The position numbers and the translations under genes are program-made. DNA of 62,344 nt from Chiloscyllium plagiosum (taxonomy: Eukaryota), in contig NC_057751.1 of the NCBI RefSeq assembly GCF_004010195.1, positions 7,300,553 to 7,362,896 on the forward strand, read 5' to 3'. Of this stretch, positions 47,900 to 60,469 are shown piece by piece; position 1 is the first letter of the stretch; every line of letters begins with the position of its first letter. The notes under the pieces were generated by a model, which was not told the DNA's origin, did not search any database, and saw nothing but the letters and a program-made list of their open reading frames with translations.

Positions 47900-48759
47900 A
47901 TAAATTTGAATGGCCTTTTTCTAAACTATGATATTCTATGACTCAAAATGAGGTGGTTAATTGAGCCAGGGACATCCATGTAATTGAATCCCAGCTTAAG
48001 TCAACAGCTTTGGAAAAGAAGGAGAGATAATTACAAGTTGACAAGAACAATACAGTGGAGAAACAGGAGCTGATTTTTTCACCTTTAGTTTACTTTGATA
48101 AAAGCCTGTTGGTTCAGTCTTTACCAGTGTCAGTGTTTCCTTTTATTAAAAGAAAAGTCTTAAAATGTCAAATTTCTTTATTTTTAAACTTTACTTTGAA
48201 ATTAACTCCTTTCATCATCTGACAGGCAGCTGCGGAGTCATCTGAGCCTGGCGTCACGATTTGAAGGAAAGATGAATACACACCAATGCGAAATGATGTG
48301 CAGGTGAGTGGCAGGGATCAAAGGGGATTGGGCTTGTCTCCTGCTGGCACCGTGGTAACACCTACTATCTTCTTTAACAGGCACATATGGTGGTGTTAGT
48401 TTCTCTTTTAATTTTTTCCCATCGCTGTGGCAGAGATGGGAGGAACACAGTCCCATGAATGCACAGGTCACAACACAAGAGTAATTATTTTACCCTATTT
48501 CTCAGAACAGCCAATGATGTGTTGTCTCTATATCAGTCCATCAACCAAATTTCTTTAACAAACGCAAAATTATTGATTGACAAGAAAACAAAAGTTTGCT
48601 CTTGAGATGCAGAATTGAAGACAGGAAGCTTGTCATGTGAAAATATGAATGTGTACTCCACTAAATAATCCAAAACACCCACACACCCAGATACATGCAC
48701 CAAGAAAAGCTAAACTCTCACTGCAGATAAGCTTGGAAAAGAAATACTTTTGATCAGTA

Positions 48760-49224
48760 CAGATAGTTCTCCTATGACACTGTTGTTGTGTTCCAGTGTA
48801 ACCTTGCTTAATAGAAAATCGCTTAATAGAAATAATAGGTCCTCCAGAGAAAAGTGGGATTCGGGGCAGACACTCAAACAATATCACTCATGGTCGCTCT
48901 AAAATCACCCAAAAGTCTAACGCAAAAAATAGCACAGCCTGAATGAAGGTTGAAATCATATTTATTAACGAAACAAAAGCAAATTTAACACAGTACATTT
49001 AAAAAATGTAAGAAAGCTGCTCTCTGTATATACCTCTCACAGAAAGCTGCTCTATTTGCAGCTGACATTGCGCATGCACAGGAGGAAACACGCAAACGGA
49101 TTCCTGCTGGAATCGTCCTGTTCCGAACAGAGATAAGCATTCTCGAAAATTCCGTTCCCTAATTCTTCAGCAACGTTATAGCCAAATCGTGCTGATGAAA
49201 CACGCATTATCTCAGAACTACCTG
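48760..49224. mobile_element. Tc1/mariner (Tigger/pogo-like) MITE
   Basis: Imperfect TIRs ta|cagatagttctcctatgacac ... gcattatctcagaactacctg|ca; no ORF. Confidence 0.65.
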
Positions 49225-50099
49225 CAATGATGCATTCTTGAAATAAAGTTAAGGATGTGGTGTGGAATATTGAAATGGCTATTGATCTGGCATTCTGGCA
49301 CAAGTAGACAGTTCATTTGAGGTGGCAGTTGTCTCTGAGATCTTGGTAGGTGCACCTTGTTCAGGAAACACTAATTGAGAAGTCTTCCAGTTGCCCTTCA
49401 AGAGGATAATCAGGTTGCTCACTAATTTAACAATCAGGATGCTTCAGAAACAAGCGAGGTGAGCTAAGCAATCTATTCGTCTGCAGGCTTCCCCCAAGTG
49501 AAAATCAACACAAACACCAACTGCCTGAAAAACATTGCCGAAATAAGAAGGGTACAAAATCTAATCAAGTAACTTTCAGCCAACAAGTCCAGCAACTTGA
49601 ACCACATGGATTCCAAGAAATGCCTTGCTTTAAAAAAATTTGTGATGTGTCTTTTCACTGATGTTTATTAATTAAAACTCGATCTCCACAATACTTGAAA
49701 CAAATCAATTTTTTAACATTCTACAGAACTCTGGTTCTGAAAAAATACTTATCATCATAGCAGATCATTATCTCAGATCACTCATGGACATCAGAAATTT
49801 TAATTATAATCCGTATTTTTAATAAGAGGACTGATATGGCCAAAAAGACTGGGGATGGAAATTCAGTGGTGATCCGGAGAGAGAGTGAATTTCAGACCTG
49901 CAGGCAACATAGAAGTTTCAAAGGAAGAAATGCTCTCCGAATTGAACTGTAATCCTCTGTGAGGATCTCAAACTGTGAACATCGTGGTGAAAAATGACAG
50001 CAACCTGAAGAGGAGGTACATTTTCCCATTTCAAGAATACATAAAAACAGGAGTTAGAAGCTAGTTTGACGCTGGTCTGTGTGTACGACTGGAAGGAGA

Positions 50100-51465
50100 A
50101 GGGGAATGGGTTATACATACATTTGGAAAGGAAAGGACTGATTAGGGATAGTCAGCATGGCTTTGTGTGTGGGAGGTCATGTCTCACTCATTTTTTTGAA
50201 TTTTTTGAAGAGGTGACAAAGACAACTGATGAAGGCAGAGCAGTAGACGTTGTCTGTGTGGACTTTAGTAAAGCATTTGATAATGTTCCGCATCGTAGAC
50301 TGGTTAGTAAGGTTAGATCACATGGGATGAAGGGTGAAATAGCCAATTGGATACAAAATTAGCTTGCAGGTAGGAGACAGAGAGTGGTGGTGAAGGAGGA
50401 TTGTTTTTCAGATGGGAGGCCTGTGACCAGTGGTTTGCTACGAGGATTGGTGCTGGGTCTACTGCTTTTTGTTATTTTTATAAATGATTTGTATGTGAAC
50501 ATAGGACATATGCTTCGTAGGTTTGCAGATGATACCAAAATAGGTGGTGCAGTGGACAGTGAAAAAGATGATCTCAAAACAACGGGACATTGATCAGATG
50601 CGCCAAGGAGTAGCAGTTGGCATTTAATTTAGATAACTGCAAAGTGTTGCAGTTTTGGTAAGGCAAGCCGGGACAGGACTTAGAGAGTAAACGATAGGTC
50701 CCTGATGACTGTTACCAAGCTAAGAGACCTAGGTTCCTTGATAGGGGAGTCGCAAGTAAACAGGTGGTGAAGGAGGTGTTTGGCACATTTGCCTTTATTG
50801 GTCAAAACATTGAGTGTAGGAGTTGGGATCTCATTTCAGAGTCTTCGAGATGTACAGCATGGAAACAGACCCTTCAGTCCAACTCATGCTATATACGTAC
50901 CACCCTTTACGGCTGTACAGAACATTGGTAAATGCTACTTCTGGAATACTATGCACAATTCTGGTCACCCTTCTGTACGAAGGATGTTGTTAAATTTGAC
51001 AGAGTACAGCAATGGTTTAGAAGGATGTTGTTGGGACTTAGGGAGAGGTTGAAAAAGCTGGGGTCTTTTTTTCTTTCGAGCGTCAGAGGTTGAGGTGGGA
51101 TCATATAGAGGTTTATAAATTCATGAGGGGCATGGATAGGGTGAATAGCCAAGGTCTTTTTCCCCAGGGGAGGAGAATCTAAGACTAGATGGCATAGGTT
51201 TAAGGTAAAAGGGGAAAGATTTAAAAGGGACCTCACTCTTCATTCAGAGATTGGTGTGTGTTTGGAATCAGCTGCCAGAGGGAAGTGGTGGAGGCTGGTA
51301 CAATTACAATACTTAAAAGGCTGGATGGGTTGAAGAATCAGAAGTGTTTTGAGGGATCTGGGCTAAATGTTGGAAAATGGAACGATGTCAGATTGGAATG
51401 TCTGGTTGGCATGAGTGAGTTGGACCAAAGGGTCTGTTTCCATGCTTGTGACTCAATGAGTCTAA
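50100..51465 (+). mobile_element. CR1 RT and 3' fragment containing a small antisense CR1 tail (about 50835-50890)
   Basis: ..QHGFVCGRSCLT..DFSKAFDNVPH.., ..RFADDTK.. and tail tgactcaatgagtcta. Confidence 0.9.
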
Positions 51466-51959
51466 AGTGTGCTCTTGGAGGAAGGGGGGGTGCGCGCGTG
51501 TGTGTGTGTAAGAGCTGAGGTGCTCATGTGTACGAAATACAGTTCAAGCACTGGTCTGCTGTGAAGGTCATAGCTGAAGAAGCACATACATGACACTCCT
51601 TGCTTGCAAGTAAAGGGCCCTGTTCATGGAGTGCACTTGGAACCAGGGAGCCTGCAATCCAGTCAAAAGGAAAGAGGACCAGAGGAAGAATTCTCGTTCT
51701 GTGTTACCAGCTAACCATCAATGAAAGGAACCTGGACAAAGGATATTTGCTGAAAAAAGATCAGTAGGGACATCACCAGGGGATGATATCAAGTTCAGAA
51801 GTGATGGGTAAAGAGCCTACAAAAGGTGTCCAGCTAGGTTTCCATTATTCACTGCAGGAAATACTGGAACTGCACTTCAGAGGGAAAAAGGCCACCACTA
51901 ATTACAGCTTAAAGATATGTTAAATCAAATTAGTGTTCAACTGTTTAACCCTTTGAGCT

Positions 51960-52300
51960 TAATCTGCCATCTAATAAGATGATGGCTGATCTTCTACCTC
52001 GACACCACTTTGCTGCCTAACATGAATTGTCTGGCTTCTCTTAATGTCCAGAAACATGCTGCTTACAGTCTTGAATAGACTCAACATTTGAATATCCACA
52101 GCTCTTTCAAGTAAAGAATTCCAAAAATTCACAACTCTCTCATTGAAGAAACGTTTTCTCAACTCAGTTCTAAATGGCTGAATTGTTGCTGTGACCTTCG
52201 ACTTTGTGACCTTCAATCCGGGGAAAAAGAGCCTCTCATCATGTACCCTTATGATCTGTTTCATTTTGCCAAATATACTTCCTCATTGTAGAATCTCACA
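51960..52300 (-). mobile_element. Old CR1 3' fragment
   Basis: ORF ..FRTELRKRFFNERVVNFWNSLLERAV.. Confidence 0.7.
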
Positions 52301-53079
52301 TTGTTCACCCGCAGCATCGTTCGCAAAGAGTGAAGTGAAGACAGGCCTGGACTTGTGGAGCAAATTATAAATAAGAGTGTAGGAAAACAGCGAGATCTAG
52401 TGCAAGGTAATAGGGATTGCCTCTGAAGAATAATAAGAGCAAGGTAGGGACTTACTTGAGTGAACAGGAAGCTGAAAGAGGCTGAGAAGTTTGATTTCAA
52501 CATCCAAGGAGTGAGCACATTGTGTCCATTGTTAGCCCAAGAATAGAGAAAAGGGTTTGACTGTTAATCCAAGGAAAGTACAAGCATGGTGTTCTCTTTG
52601 TTGTAATCTTTTGGCCCAAATGCAAAATGTGATATTTTTCATGGTTTGAACAAAACAAACAGTTTACTCAAAGTAACAGTCACTTTTTGTTGAATGCAAT
52701 TGTTGCTACACCATTCAAAACATAAAGACAGCTAACTTTTTAACAATGGAGGCAAGAAATGTAAATCCAGTGTAAGGACCTGTTACTTTAACAAGTTCTG
52801 GCAATAGACAGTGTAAATTACGTTGCCATTGAAGTGATGAAACATGAATGAACTGCTGGCTTTTACTGTGTGTGATGCACCTTCCAGCTCCTTTTGTTTA
52901 TCTGGACAGGTGCCAGGTTCCGTGTGCTTTGGACACTGTTTCCATAAAGTGCTGAGATAAGAAAACAGGAATGGTAATTGACAAGTTGCCAATATCTTCC
53001 ACGGTCGGATAGGTCACACCAACATGCCTACGGTCATCCTCGACGCAAGGGTTTTATGCGTTCAGAGGATATGAGCTTT

Positions 53080-53610
53080 GGTGGCATGAGTGGCATTTAT
53101 TGCATATCCTTAACTTTCCTGAGAAATTAATAGAGTTTCTTTTTTAACTGTTACACTCCATATGGTAGAGGTACACCACATTGCTGTGTTGGAGAGAATT
53201 TTCAAATTTCGACCCAGTGGTTGTGAAGTAGCAGCAATGGTCTGTGACTTGCAGGGAAATTTAGAGTGGTACTACTTCCCTGCACCAATGCTGTAGTCTA
53301 AATGTCATGGGTTTGGAAGAAACTTTGCAGTGGATTATGCGGTGCATTTTGGAGATTTTAAACTCTCCTGCCAGTGTGTGTGGATTCTGAAAGAAGTGAG
53401 ATTTCCAGATGATGGATTTTGTGATAGTGAAGCTTTATTCTGGATGGTTTCAAGCCTCTAAAGTCTTATTGGACTTTCAACTCAGCAAGTAACTGCAGAA
53501 AATTCCATCACACTGCGAAGTTTTACTTTGAAGATAGTGGGCAACCTTTGGGGAGTCAGATGGTGAGTTACACAAGGCAGAATTTGGAGTCCCTGACCTA
53601 CTTGGAGCCG
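53080..53610 (-). mobile_element. Old LINE 3' remnant (CR1/L2 group, tail shared with the old SINE family)
   Basis: ..ggcatttattgcatatccttaactttcctgagaa..; homologous to 56700-57060 and 25960-26110. Confidence 0.5.
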
Positions 53611-53959
53611 AAAATGAATTGAGCAGGCCAGTCTTACTTCACAGAATGGAAGATCAAGAGAAAGTCGGAAAGCAAATAAAACAATTTTTAAAAAAAAAGC
53701 TTGTTATAGAAGGGAATCCATTTCTAATTTTTGTTTTTCTGGCACTGATCCATTTTTGGAGTTCTGCAATCAGAGTAGTGTAATTTGATTCCCTGGTGAA
53801 TGGATATTCAAGTTGTCTACCTTTCAAGGTCTTGCCTGGAGCATGTACAGGTGTTTCAGCCAAGGCTTCCAATTGTTAGTGGGGAAAAAAAAGAAAATGA
53901 ATAATTCTATTCACTGCTTCCAAACACACAAGCATTAAAAAAAACTATTTGAACATTGC

Positions 53960-54285
53960 TATATCCCATAAGCAACAACGAGATGTCTAAGCAAGTGGGT
54001 AGTTTTGGAAATGCTGGCAGGCCGTTTTGTGTTTGACTGGATACTGGGAGTATTCAACAGCGTTTTTTTGTCAGAAAAGTGCCAGTGAATCTCTCCAGCC
54101 GTTAGAGAAGGCAGGTGGAATCTTGGTTTAACATGTATCGAAAAGGCAGTACCTCTGATCATACAGTGCCCCATCAGTACTGCACTGGAAAAACAACATT
54201 TGTTTTTGCTCAAGCTTCCAGGCTGGGACTTGCATTCATAACTATCTAGGCCTGAGATTAGAGTGATCTCCACTGGGAAAGAGCT
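53960..54285 (-). mobile_element. Deu-domain SINE remnant
   Basis: Reverse complement reads ..ccagtgcagtactgatggggcactgtatgatcagaggtactgccttttcgatacatgttaaaccaagattcc.. Confidence 0.6.
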
Positions 54286-54399
54286 GGTACTTTGCTGAAA
54301 AGTTTAAATTCAGGACAGATATGGTTGTCCAAAAATGGCATCAGTGAAGTGCCGTGAGATTTACAGACCACTGTCGAAGGATCATGGAATCCCCGGTGG

Positions 54400-54720
54400 A
54401 GATTGCATCTGTCGAGTCTGCATTGACCCTCTAAACAGCATCCCACCTAGACCCAGTCCCAGATCCTATCCATGTAACCTGTGTTTCCCATGGCTAACCC
54501 ACCTAATTTGCACAACCCTGGATACTATGGGACAATTTAGCACAACTAGGCCACCTAACCTGCACAGCTTTGGACTGTGGGAGGAAACATGAGCACCCAG
54601 AGGCCCCATGCAGACATGGAGAGAATATGCAAATTACACACGCACAGTCACCCAAGGCTGGCATTGAACCCAGTTTCCTGGTGCAATGCGGAAGCAGTGT
54701 CACCACTGTCCTGCCACCTC
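54400..54720 (-). mobile_element. HE1-like V-SINE (older)
   Basis: tRNA head with B-box ggttcaatgcc and a degraded V-domain. Confidence 0.8.
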
Positions 54721-54844
54721 AACCAAAACATGAGCATAGCAAAATTATGGATGGTTTGTGGGCAGTACTATCTGGCAACACAGGTGGTAATAACCTGCTT
54801 GTTATGCTCAATTTGGATTCCACTGGGGTTGCTTGGCTCCACAT

Positions 54845-55160
54845 CTCAGTACACCCTTGGTCCAAACATGGACGAAAAAGCTGGAGTCCAGAGTGGAGGT
54901 GGGAGTGATGGCATTTGAGCTCTCAACAAGGTAGTATATGACCAAGGTGGCGTGAAGGAGTCCTGACAAAATTGAAGTCAGTGTCAATCATGGGGGAATA
55001 TTCTTCACTTGTTCAAGCTACACTTTACTCAAAGAAAGGTTGGCTTGCAATAACCACAGCAATCAGTAAACCCCAGGATATCTTTATCTGACTTCTTCGG
55101 GATAGTGTCCTGCACTGAAGCACTTTTAACAGTTTCATTAAAAACCTTACCTTCATTATA
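54845..55160 (+). mobile_element. Old LINE RT fragment
   Basis: ..caaggtagtatatgaccaaggtggcgtgaagga..ttcttcgggatagtgtcctg..ttcattaaaaaccttacc resemble the D..W and QGSVL..FINDL regions. Confidence 0.5.
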
Positions 55161-55164
55161 TAAT

Positions 55165-55530
55165 TCAAACAGGGCTGGAAAGACTAGATGCAAGTTCGAT
55201 GTTTCCCATGGTTGGTGAGTCCAGAACCAGGGGAAATAGTTTCAGGATATTGGGTAGACCATTTGGAACTGAGTTGAGGAAACATTTATTCAGTCAAGTT
55301 GCAGTGAAATTGTGGAATTCCCCACCACAGAATGTTACGAAGGTCAAGCCACAAAATATATAAGAAAGAGATTGGTAATATTTTACATTTTAAAGGCATT
55401 GAGGTTTTATTAGAAAGCAGAAATGTGGTGCTGAGACAAAGGGACAGCTATGATTATATTGAATGGCAGAGCAGACTTGAAGGGTTGAATGGCTGACTTC
55501 TGCTCCTGGTTTCTCTGCAACCCCATAAAA
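55165..55530 (+). mobile_element. CR1 3' end
   Basis: ..gagtccagaaccagggg..ttgtggaattccccaccacag..gaagggttgaatggctgacttctgctcct. Confidence 0.75.
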
Positions 55531-56699
55531 TTGATAAACTATTTGCTGCAGGAACAATAAGAGTACCACTGAGGAACCAGTCCCTTTGCAAATGTGAGAG
55601 GCAAAGATGAAATATTGAGCTGTCACTCAGTGTCCAAGGCTCACATTTGAAAAATTATAACTTAGTTGAAACATTGAGAGACCTGTACACAAGTAAAGGT
55701 CAGGCCCTTTTAGAGAGGCATTAATACACAGACTAATCCTTGCCTTTTTGTGGAATTGTCCTTCACATATACTCCTCCAAGTGGAATCATTGATCTAGAC
55801 ATTGACGCACAATCTAGCATCAATAAGCCTTGTCACTGTTAATGCAATGAACTGATCCACTGCATATGATTGAATTACACCCAAGTCAGTTTCTGCACGT
55901 TTGATGTTTCTGAAGGTGATTTTATCGTCCTTTTTCCTCACTTGTTCCCACCCAGTAATATGAGACTGTTCTTTGTCATGTGCATTGGTGCAAATCTCCA
56001 TCAACGTAAGTTAATTATCAGCACTTATCATTGTTAAATCAGACTGCACTCCAATAGGGCTTTTCTTCTGTATATACATAGGAGCTTTCAATGCAGAAGG
56101 TAATTGGATCTTCAAGTCATCATATTCGGACTGGGTTACATTTAATCAGAATGAGATCTTCATATTACTTGTTTACAAAAAAAAATTGGTCTTTGAAGTA
56201 TGTGTGTTTTTAAAGTTGCATTCGCCTTTCAAGGTGAAGTTTCTAAAATAGAAGCAAACTTGATGGTCCAGTGAGTATGTTCCAGGTTTGATCCTGTGTG
56301 TCGTGAGCTGTCTGATCTCAACTCAGCTGTGAGTAAAGAAAAACAGTTCAATTCTTCATTGTTAAGCCGAGGGGATAGAGAAAACGAGCTCAGCTTCGTG
56401 TTCCTCAGTGCCATCCAGTGACTAACCCATCTCTCACCAAGTGGAAAGACAGGGTGTCTGTCCCATTTGATCTCAGATTTGAATGCCATGTGTTTCTATT
56501 CACAGGGCTGGTCAGTGCGAGAATAATGAGAACTGAGGTGGGGATTGGGCAGAGAACAACTGCCAAAGAAATTGTATTCAAGAAACAAAGGGAAGAGAGA
56601 AGTGTACAATAATACATTGCATTTTACAACCTCAGGATATCCAAAACCACTTTACAGCCACTGAAGGATGTTTCTTGATCATTCATAGGGTATAAACAT

Positions 56700-57600
56700 T
56701 GCAAAGAAGGCCAACATTTGTTGTCCATTCCTAATTACCCTTCAGAAGGTGGTGAAGGCCAACATTTTGAACTACTGCAAGTGAGTCCAAAGGCTGTGAG
56801 GAAGGGAGTTCCAGGATTTTGATCCAGCGATAAAAGGGAATTCTGATATCATTCCAAGTCAGATTGGTATGTGATTGGCTGGGAATTTTCATGTGTTTTT
56901 TCCATGCATCTGCCAGCCTTGTCCTTCCAGGTAGTAGACATTGTTGCTTGCATTGGTGGTGGTGGGAATGAATGTTTAAATTGGTGAATGGAGTGACCAA
57001 TTAACTGAGCTACTTTATCTGAGATAGTATTAAGTTTTTGGGTGTTTTTGAAGTTACTTTCATCCATACAATTAGATATGGAGGTGCCGATGTTGGACTG
57101 GGGTGTACAAAGTTAAAAATGTCTGGGTCACTGGGACACTACAACTATCTTACTTCGTGTTCAGAATGATTCTAACCCCTGGGAAAGTTTTCCTGATTTG
57201 TTTTGACATAATTAACTTTAACTCAGCCTTAATTGACTCACATTTGGTCAATTGCTGCCTTGATATTCAGGGCAGACACTCTGACTTGCCTTCTTGAGTT
57301 CAGCTGTTTTGTCCATGCTTGAATCAAAGCTGTAATGAGATCAGGAGTTGAATGTGAGCAGGTTATTGCTGTGCTTCTTTCACTTCGATGATGGTTAAGA
57401 GTAGGTTGGTGGTGTGTTTGTTATCTGGATTTGAATTATACTGTTTTTTGTGGTGTGAATGGAAAATAGCTGAGCAACTTTCCACATGATCAGGTACATG
57501 CCAGTATGGAACAGCTTGGCTTGGAGCTGTTGTCATTGCTATCATATCAGAATTGTGATGGGAATATAATTAGGGAACAAAGTGGAAGCTTAGTAATGGC
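56700..57600 (-). mobile_element. Old LINE remnant (same family as 53080 and 54845), with a ~50-bp Penelope-type end fragment at about 57075-57120
   Basis: Tail aacatttgttgtccattcctaattacccttcagaaggtggtg; inserted ggaggtgccgatgttggactggggtgtacaaagttaaaaat. Confidence 0.55.
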
Positions 57601-58329
57601 CACATATTGTCTCCTTCTGTGACTGATCTATTTCATTTTGCAGCAACAACAAGTTGCATTGATATGTCACCAAATTGCATACTGACCTCGAGGAACTAAC
57701 AGGAAGGATCACCAGGACTCTTGTTAAAGTAGGCATCTTGTTAGCAGTGGCATAACAGATGGTGAGTTGCATTGAGAGACGAAAATATAAACTACTGAGC
57801 CTAGATTGTGAAAACACAACTGTCGATGCTGGAACAAAGGGAAGCAGGTCTGCTGAAGATGACTTTTTCAGAGAACTGGGATGTTGCAGAACTGAGAAAG
57901 GTAACAGAGAAGGAAAGCTCCGAGATGCCTTGACAGAGCTTTCAGTATGAGGTTGAGAATGGCATATTTGAAAGGTTTGCGGGACTGGGAGCCAGTGGGT
58001 CAGTGCACAATTGAATGCAGACAGCCTTATTTGTCTTGAGCTGGTGTATGAGGAGAGGAAACTTTATCAGCAAAGCGGTGGATTAGATGAGATTAATGAA
58101 GATGTCAGCGATATGTATTGATATAGCAGCAAGCAGATAATGTAGCGACAGTCGGTGCTTTTTGTGACAGAGAATGCTGAGTGCCATATCTGACTTTCAC
58201 AATGATGAACAACATGGAAGTTGAAAACAATCAGAGATAATGAAGTCAGGTTGCTATCTGTGAAGGATAGTCACCAACCTCTTATCCATGAAGGATTAGT
58301 GAGAAGATACGAGGCTGCCGAGTTCTGAG

Positions 58330-60050
58330 ATGGAGATTGAAATCACTGATTATGGGAAAGAGAGAAAGTGGGTGAGTTTCTTAATCAGTACTTTGCATCA
58401 GTCTTCACCAAGGAGAGGGACATGACGGATGTTGAGATTATGGATAGAAGTTTGAATACTCGAGGTCACGTCAGCATAAGGAGGGAGAAAGTGTAGGTAT
58501 TCTAAAAGACATTAAGGTGGACAAGTCCCCTGGTCCAGATGGGATCTATCCCAGATTACTGAAGGAAGTGAGAGAGGAAATAGCTGGAGCCTTAACAGAT
58601 ATCTTTGCAGCATCCTTGAACACGGATGAGGTCTTGGAGGACTGGAAAATTGCTAATGTCACCTTGTTTAAGAAAGGTAGCAGGTAATTATAGATAAGTG
58701 AGCTGGATGTCAGTGGTAGAGAAGCAGCCGAAGAAGATACTGACGGATAGGATCTATTCACATTTGGAAGTAAATGGGCTTATCAGTGATAGGCAACATG
58801 GTTTTGTGCAGGGAGGATCATGTCTTACCAGCTTAATAGAATTCTTTGAGGAAGTGACAAAGTTGATTGATGAGGGAAGGGCTGTCGATGTCAAATACAT
58901 GGACTTCAGTAAGGTGTTTGATAAGGTTCCCCAAGGTAGGCTGATGGAGAAAGTGAAGTCGCACGGGGTCCAGGGTGTACTAACTAGATGGATAAAGAAC
59001 TGACTGGGCAACAAGAGACAGAGTAGTAGTGGAAGCGAGTTTCTCAAAATGGACAATGTGACCAGTGGTGTTCCACAGGGATCCATGCTGGGACTACTGT
59101 TGTTTGTGATATACATAAACAATCTGGAGGAAGATATAGGTGGTCTGATTAGCAAGTTTGCAGATGAGTACTAAGATTGGTGGGGTAACAGATAGTGAAG
59201 GGGAGTGTCAGAGAATACAGCAGAGTATAGGTAAATTGGAAAGTTGGGCGGAGAAATGGCAGATGGAGTTCAATGGGGCAAATGCGAGATGATGCATTTT
59301 GGAAGATCTAATTCAAGAGTGAATTAAGTGGAAAAGTCTTGGGAAACGATATACAGAGAGCTCTGGATGTCACAGGTCCATTATTCCTTGAAGGTGGCAA
59401 TACAGGTCAATAGAGTGGTCAAGAAGACACACAGCATGCTTTCCTTCATTGGATGGGGTATTGAGTACAAGAGTTGGCAGGTCATGTTACAGTTGTATAA
59501 GACTTCAGTTCGGCCACATTTGGAATACTGCGTACAGGTTGCCACATTACCTAAAGGATGTGGATGCTTTGGAGAGGGTGCAGAGGACGTTCACCAGGAT
59601 GTTGCCTCCTCTGGAGGGCACCAGCTATGCAGAGAGGTTGAGTATATTCGAATTATTTTCATTAGAAAGATGGAGATTGAGAGGGGACCTGATTGAGGTC
59701 TACAAAATCATGTGAGGTCGAGTAAGGATGGATAGCAAAAAGCTTTTTCCCGGAATGGGGGGCTCAATTACTTGGCGTCATGAGTTCCAGGTCAGAGAAG
59801 AAAAGTATAAGGGAAATATACATAGAAAATTCTTTATGCAGAGGGTAGTGGGTATCTGAAATTCTTTGCCAGCGGAGATGGTAGAGGCAGGCACAATAAC
59901 ATCATTTAAGATGTATTTAGACAGATACATGATTGTGTAGGGATCAGAGGATAAATGGAGAATAGGCGACAGGTTTAAACAGAGGATCTGGATCCATGCA
60001 AACTTGGAGGGCTGAAGGGCCTGTTCCTGTGCTGTAATTTTCTTTGTTAA
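58330..60050 (+). mobile_element. CR1 RT and 3' fragment
   Basis: ..KSPGPDGIYPRLLKE.., QHGFVQGGSCLTSLIEFFEEVT..DFSKVFDKVP.. and tail tgctgtaattttctttgtt. Confidence 0.92.
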
Positions 60051-60199
60051 TAAGGAGCCACTCTATGCAGAGAATAACCAAGGAAAGGAGGGAGGTTAAT
60101 CCCATAATTTGATCATTTATTTGATTGAGTTGGACCAACCTTTGTGTGGTGCACCTGCATTTGCCTACCTTGTTACAGTTCAGGACATGTATGACCACT

Positions 60200-60465
60200 A
60201 TTCTGCAGTTTAACTTCGCTCATTGACCTTGACACCCCGTTCTTCCAAATTTTTTTCTGGAAAAAGAATTTCTCAGATCCTGTCTCATCTCCCACCTTTT
60301 ACTCTCCATACATTTGGAAATTAGTTCAACATCTTCCTCCCCTGTCTTAACTCACTGATTTTAAAATTTTTGTCCTAGTTTTTTAATCCCTACATTGCCT
60401 TGCCCTTCTGATTATTGTAATCTCCTCCAGCCTCACAACCCTCCAAAACATTTCTGGTTCTGTCG
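60200..60465 (+). mobile_element. L2-like remnant (continues at about 61330-61520)
   Basis: ..ttttaaaatttttgtcctagtttttaatccc..tgtaatctcctccagcctcacaaccc. Confidence 0.5.
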
Positions 60466-60469
60466 ACTC

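Noticed and set aside
49052..49303. 83-aa ORF as a coding exon
   Set aside because: It lies largely within a TIR-bounded MITE and has no recognisable homology.
52783..52992. Minus-strand exon candidate
   Set aside because: An acceptor-like site is present, but the donor is mediocre, the peptide is unrecognised and I found no partner exons.
56270..56330. Pol III gene suggested by ccaggtttgatcc
   Set aside because: It is an isolated imperfect B-box with no A-box or cloverleaf, at most an ancient SINE remnant.
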